Below, piece after piece: positions 61,539-64,000 of a DNA stretch of 64,000 bases. The first letter of the stretch is position 1. Each line of letters starts with the position of its first letter. The notes below the pieces were generated by a model. That model saw only the letters and a list, made by a program, of their open reading frames with translations, was not told the DNA's origin and did no database searches. The translations under genes and the position numbers were made by a program. Source of the DNA: Podarcis filfolensis (lineage: Eukaryota); assembly GCA_964270895.1 (NCBI GenBank), contig OZ185441.1; one strand, written 5' to 3'.

Positions 61539-64000
61539 AACAAGATTTAATTAAGAATTACCATGTACCCTGGAAGAGTTACAAAATCTTGGTTCAAATT
61601 TCTATGTCAAATAGTAACAAACTGGAGCAAATTCCACTGCCTTACATTATAATTTCCATTCTGCACTTTATCTTATCACCATCTGGACTGAAGGAGGCAG
61701 GAACAGCAACATTCTGGATCTCATGAATTTGGATGTAAGGATTGTGAGTATGCTCTTGGCAGCAGGTCTTTTTAAAGACCCAGTTAAAAGATCTCTAGTA
61801 GCAGGATTAGAAAACACATTAACTTGAAATACTGGCGATCAGCTGCCAGCACACAGAGCACACAATCACCTGGGCTCCAGGCTATTCACTGAATGATCCT
61901 CTCAACAGCTGAAAACTACATATTCACTTGCAAAGCTGGGGACATTGAGCTGCATGGCCAGGGCTGTACTAACAGATGCTTTTCATTTGTGGGAAGCCTT
62001 TCAACAGTCTCATTCAGTGAACAGTGTGGGCATGACTGCGATAGGATCCATATGCACAAATGCACCATCTTGTCTAACAAGAACAAATCATACACAGTAT
62101 GCAACTTGTGCATCAAAACCATGAAAAGGGCTGCAAACACAATGCACAAAAAGGGTTTCAAAAACCCAGCAAATGGGTGGGAACTGAAATATTCCTCGCC
62201 CTGGGTGCCATTTGGAGTAGGGCCAGCCCTGTAACACATAAGCAAGGCTTATACACTTCCACATCTTTCCAGGGAGTGTGCCAAGTGTCATGAAGAGACA
62301 TCTGCACAACACACAATACTCATACTATTTGGAGCTGGAAATAAATCCCCTAAGGGCCACAATAAATTGGGAAAGATCAACATTCTAGGGATTAATCCAT
62401 CACCCTGTTTTCCTTCGAATTTTTTTTTTTAATGGTCTGCAGCAGTTCTGATGAGGTAAGCTAGATATTTGCAGTTGCACTTGAGATTTCCCTTTATAAG
62501 TGCTTGAAGTCTCTTATGGGACCTTCAAGTAGGCAATAAATAACAGCCTTTCGTTCTAGAAGAATGAGGGATGGGCTAACATAATCGTAGGCGGCATTGT
62601 TGTAATGTTTAAAGTTTGGAGAAAGTTCATCTTTGCATAGAACTTTGCTACCTTGTGTTTTCCAGTGTAACATAAGAAAAAGAAATAAAATATGAGAAAG
62701 AGGAAAAAACGGAAAGAGAGAATGAGTTGTCTCTGTCCACAAGGACCTTACAATTAAAAATTGTAGTTGGGATGGTAGCAAGGGATGAATGGGAACAAAT
62801 ATACCCTAGCTACACCTTCTTAAGCTTGGTTACAGTGGAGGGGAAGGGGTTAATGGGTTTAGTTTAGCTGCCACTCAGATCTAGTAGTACCCAGTGAATG
62901 GCGGGCCAAATACCCATAGTTCCCACAGGGTCCACTGCACATCAGCACTACTTTTCAGCCCCATTCACCCAGGCTGTGCATGTCATAATTTCCTACACCA
63001 AAGCAATACCCGTGTAGGTAACTCAGCATGAGTAAAAGTGGGTGTAAGACAGCAGTCCCCTACAACATAAGAAGAGACATAAAGGTCCATTTAATCAAGC
63101 GAGCATTTTCCCACAGCCTGATTTTGCAACCTGGCACTAGCCTAAAGGTGACATACCTCACCTGCTGTTTACCCAACACCAAGAGATACAAAAAGGTAGA
63201 CTGTCTCAGAACCTGGAGGTTCTATTTAACTATCATGAACACAACCACCACTAGACCAACCTTAAAAAAAAAATGATTCAGTAGGTAGCCCCCCTATTCT
63301 CCTCACAGAGTTACAATGTGCAGAGTAGGTTATCCATCCTCAGGGAACTCAGAACTGTAGTTCTCTGTAGCTCTAAGGGGTGTCCTAACAGCTCTTTGAA
63401 CCCTTAACAAACTACACCTCCCAGAATTCTTTGGGGGAAGCCATGACTGTTTAAAGTGGTACAGTGCTACAGTACTTTAAACGTACCTTGCAGATGGCGC
63501 GATAGTTTCCAGAAAACTGTGGATTAAGTAGAAGCACTGCAGCAAATAATAAAACCAGCCAAGCATCACTCTTTTGAGAAGTAATATGCTTCCCACAAAG
63601 GAATAAACAGAATTAAGTTATGAAAAATTTAACTTCAATTTTAAATACATTTATTTGTAAGAACCCTGAAAACCAATAGGGCTTAACTTCCAAGGGCATA
63701 GCAGTTTGTTAGGTTACTACTGAATTTTACTCACGTCTCAGACTTCAAGTAAATTAGTCAGTTTTAGTTTCAGTGTCCTCATTTCATACCTTCAAATTAA
63801 GATTAAGATCTGTATGTACTGCATTTTAAAGCCAAAGCATATCCTTTGTTCTACAGAACACACACCTGACAGGAAGCTTACCTGTATCTATGTGCTACTA
63901 TAGTGATATGGCTGAAAACGCCTCAATGTCAATATTGAACATCTCTTTGGAGTTTGCAAAGACTGAAATACAACAATACCAACTTCTATGAAACTACAAA

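Noticed and set aside
63882-64000. Minus-strand CAG|GTAAG donor as a further OSBPL1A exon
   Set aside because: Two frames contain stops. The open frame does not resemble the expected upstream ORP1L peptide (...LFTKQEG), so that exon probably lies beyond the window.

Overview
This is squamate (lizard, probably lacertid) genomic DNA covering the conserved amniote gene block TTC39C - CABYR - OSBPL1A. It holds the last five coding exons and long 3' UTR of TTC39C (+). It holds the complete coding sequence of the sperm fibrous-sheath gene CABYR (+), with its CpG-island promoter. It also holds the last 13 coding exons of OSBPL1A/ORP1L (-), from the FFAT exon to the stop. All exons were assembled by hand, with GT-AG boundaries and splice phases that agree from exon to exon. 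Introns carry a Sauria SINE, several Tc1/mariner-type MITEs with TA duplications, L1, L2 and CR1 3' fragments, and microsatellites. The most notable observation is in CABYR. A strong phase-1 donor after 19087 joins coding region A (CR-A) in frame to coding region B (CR-B), predicting one 678-aa protein. In mammals, from my recollection, a stop codon separates the two regions at the aligned position. Gene identifications rest on recalled similarity to human proteins; no database search was run.
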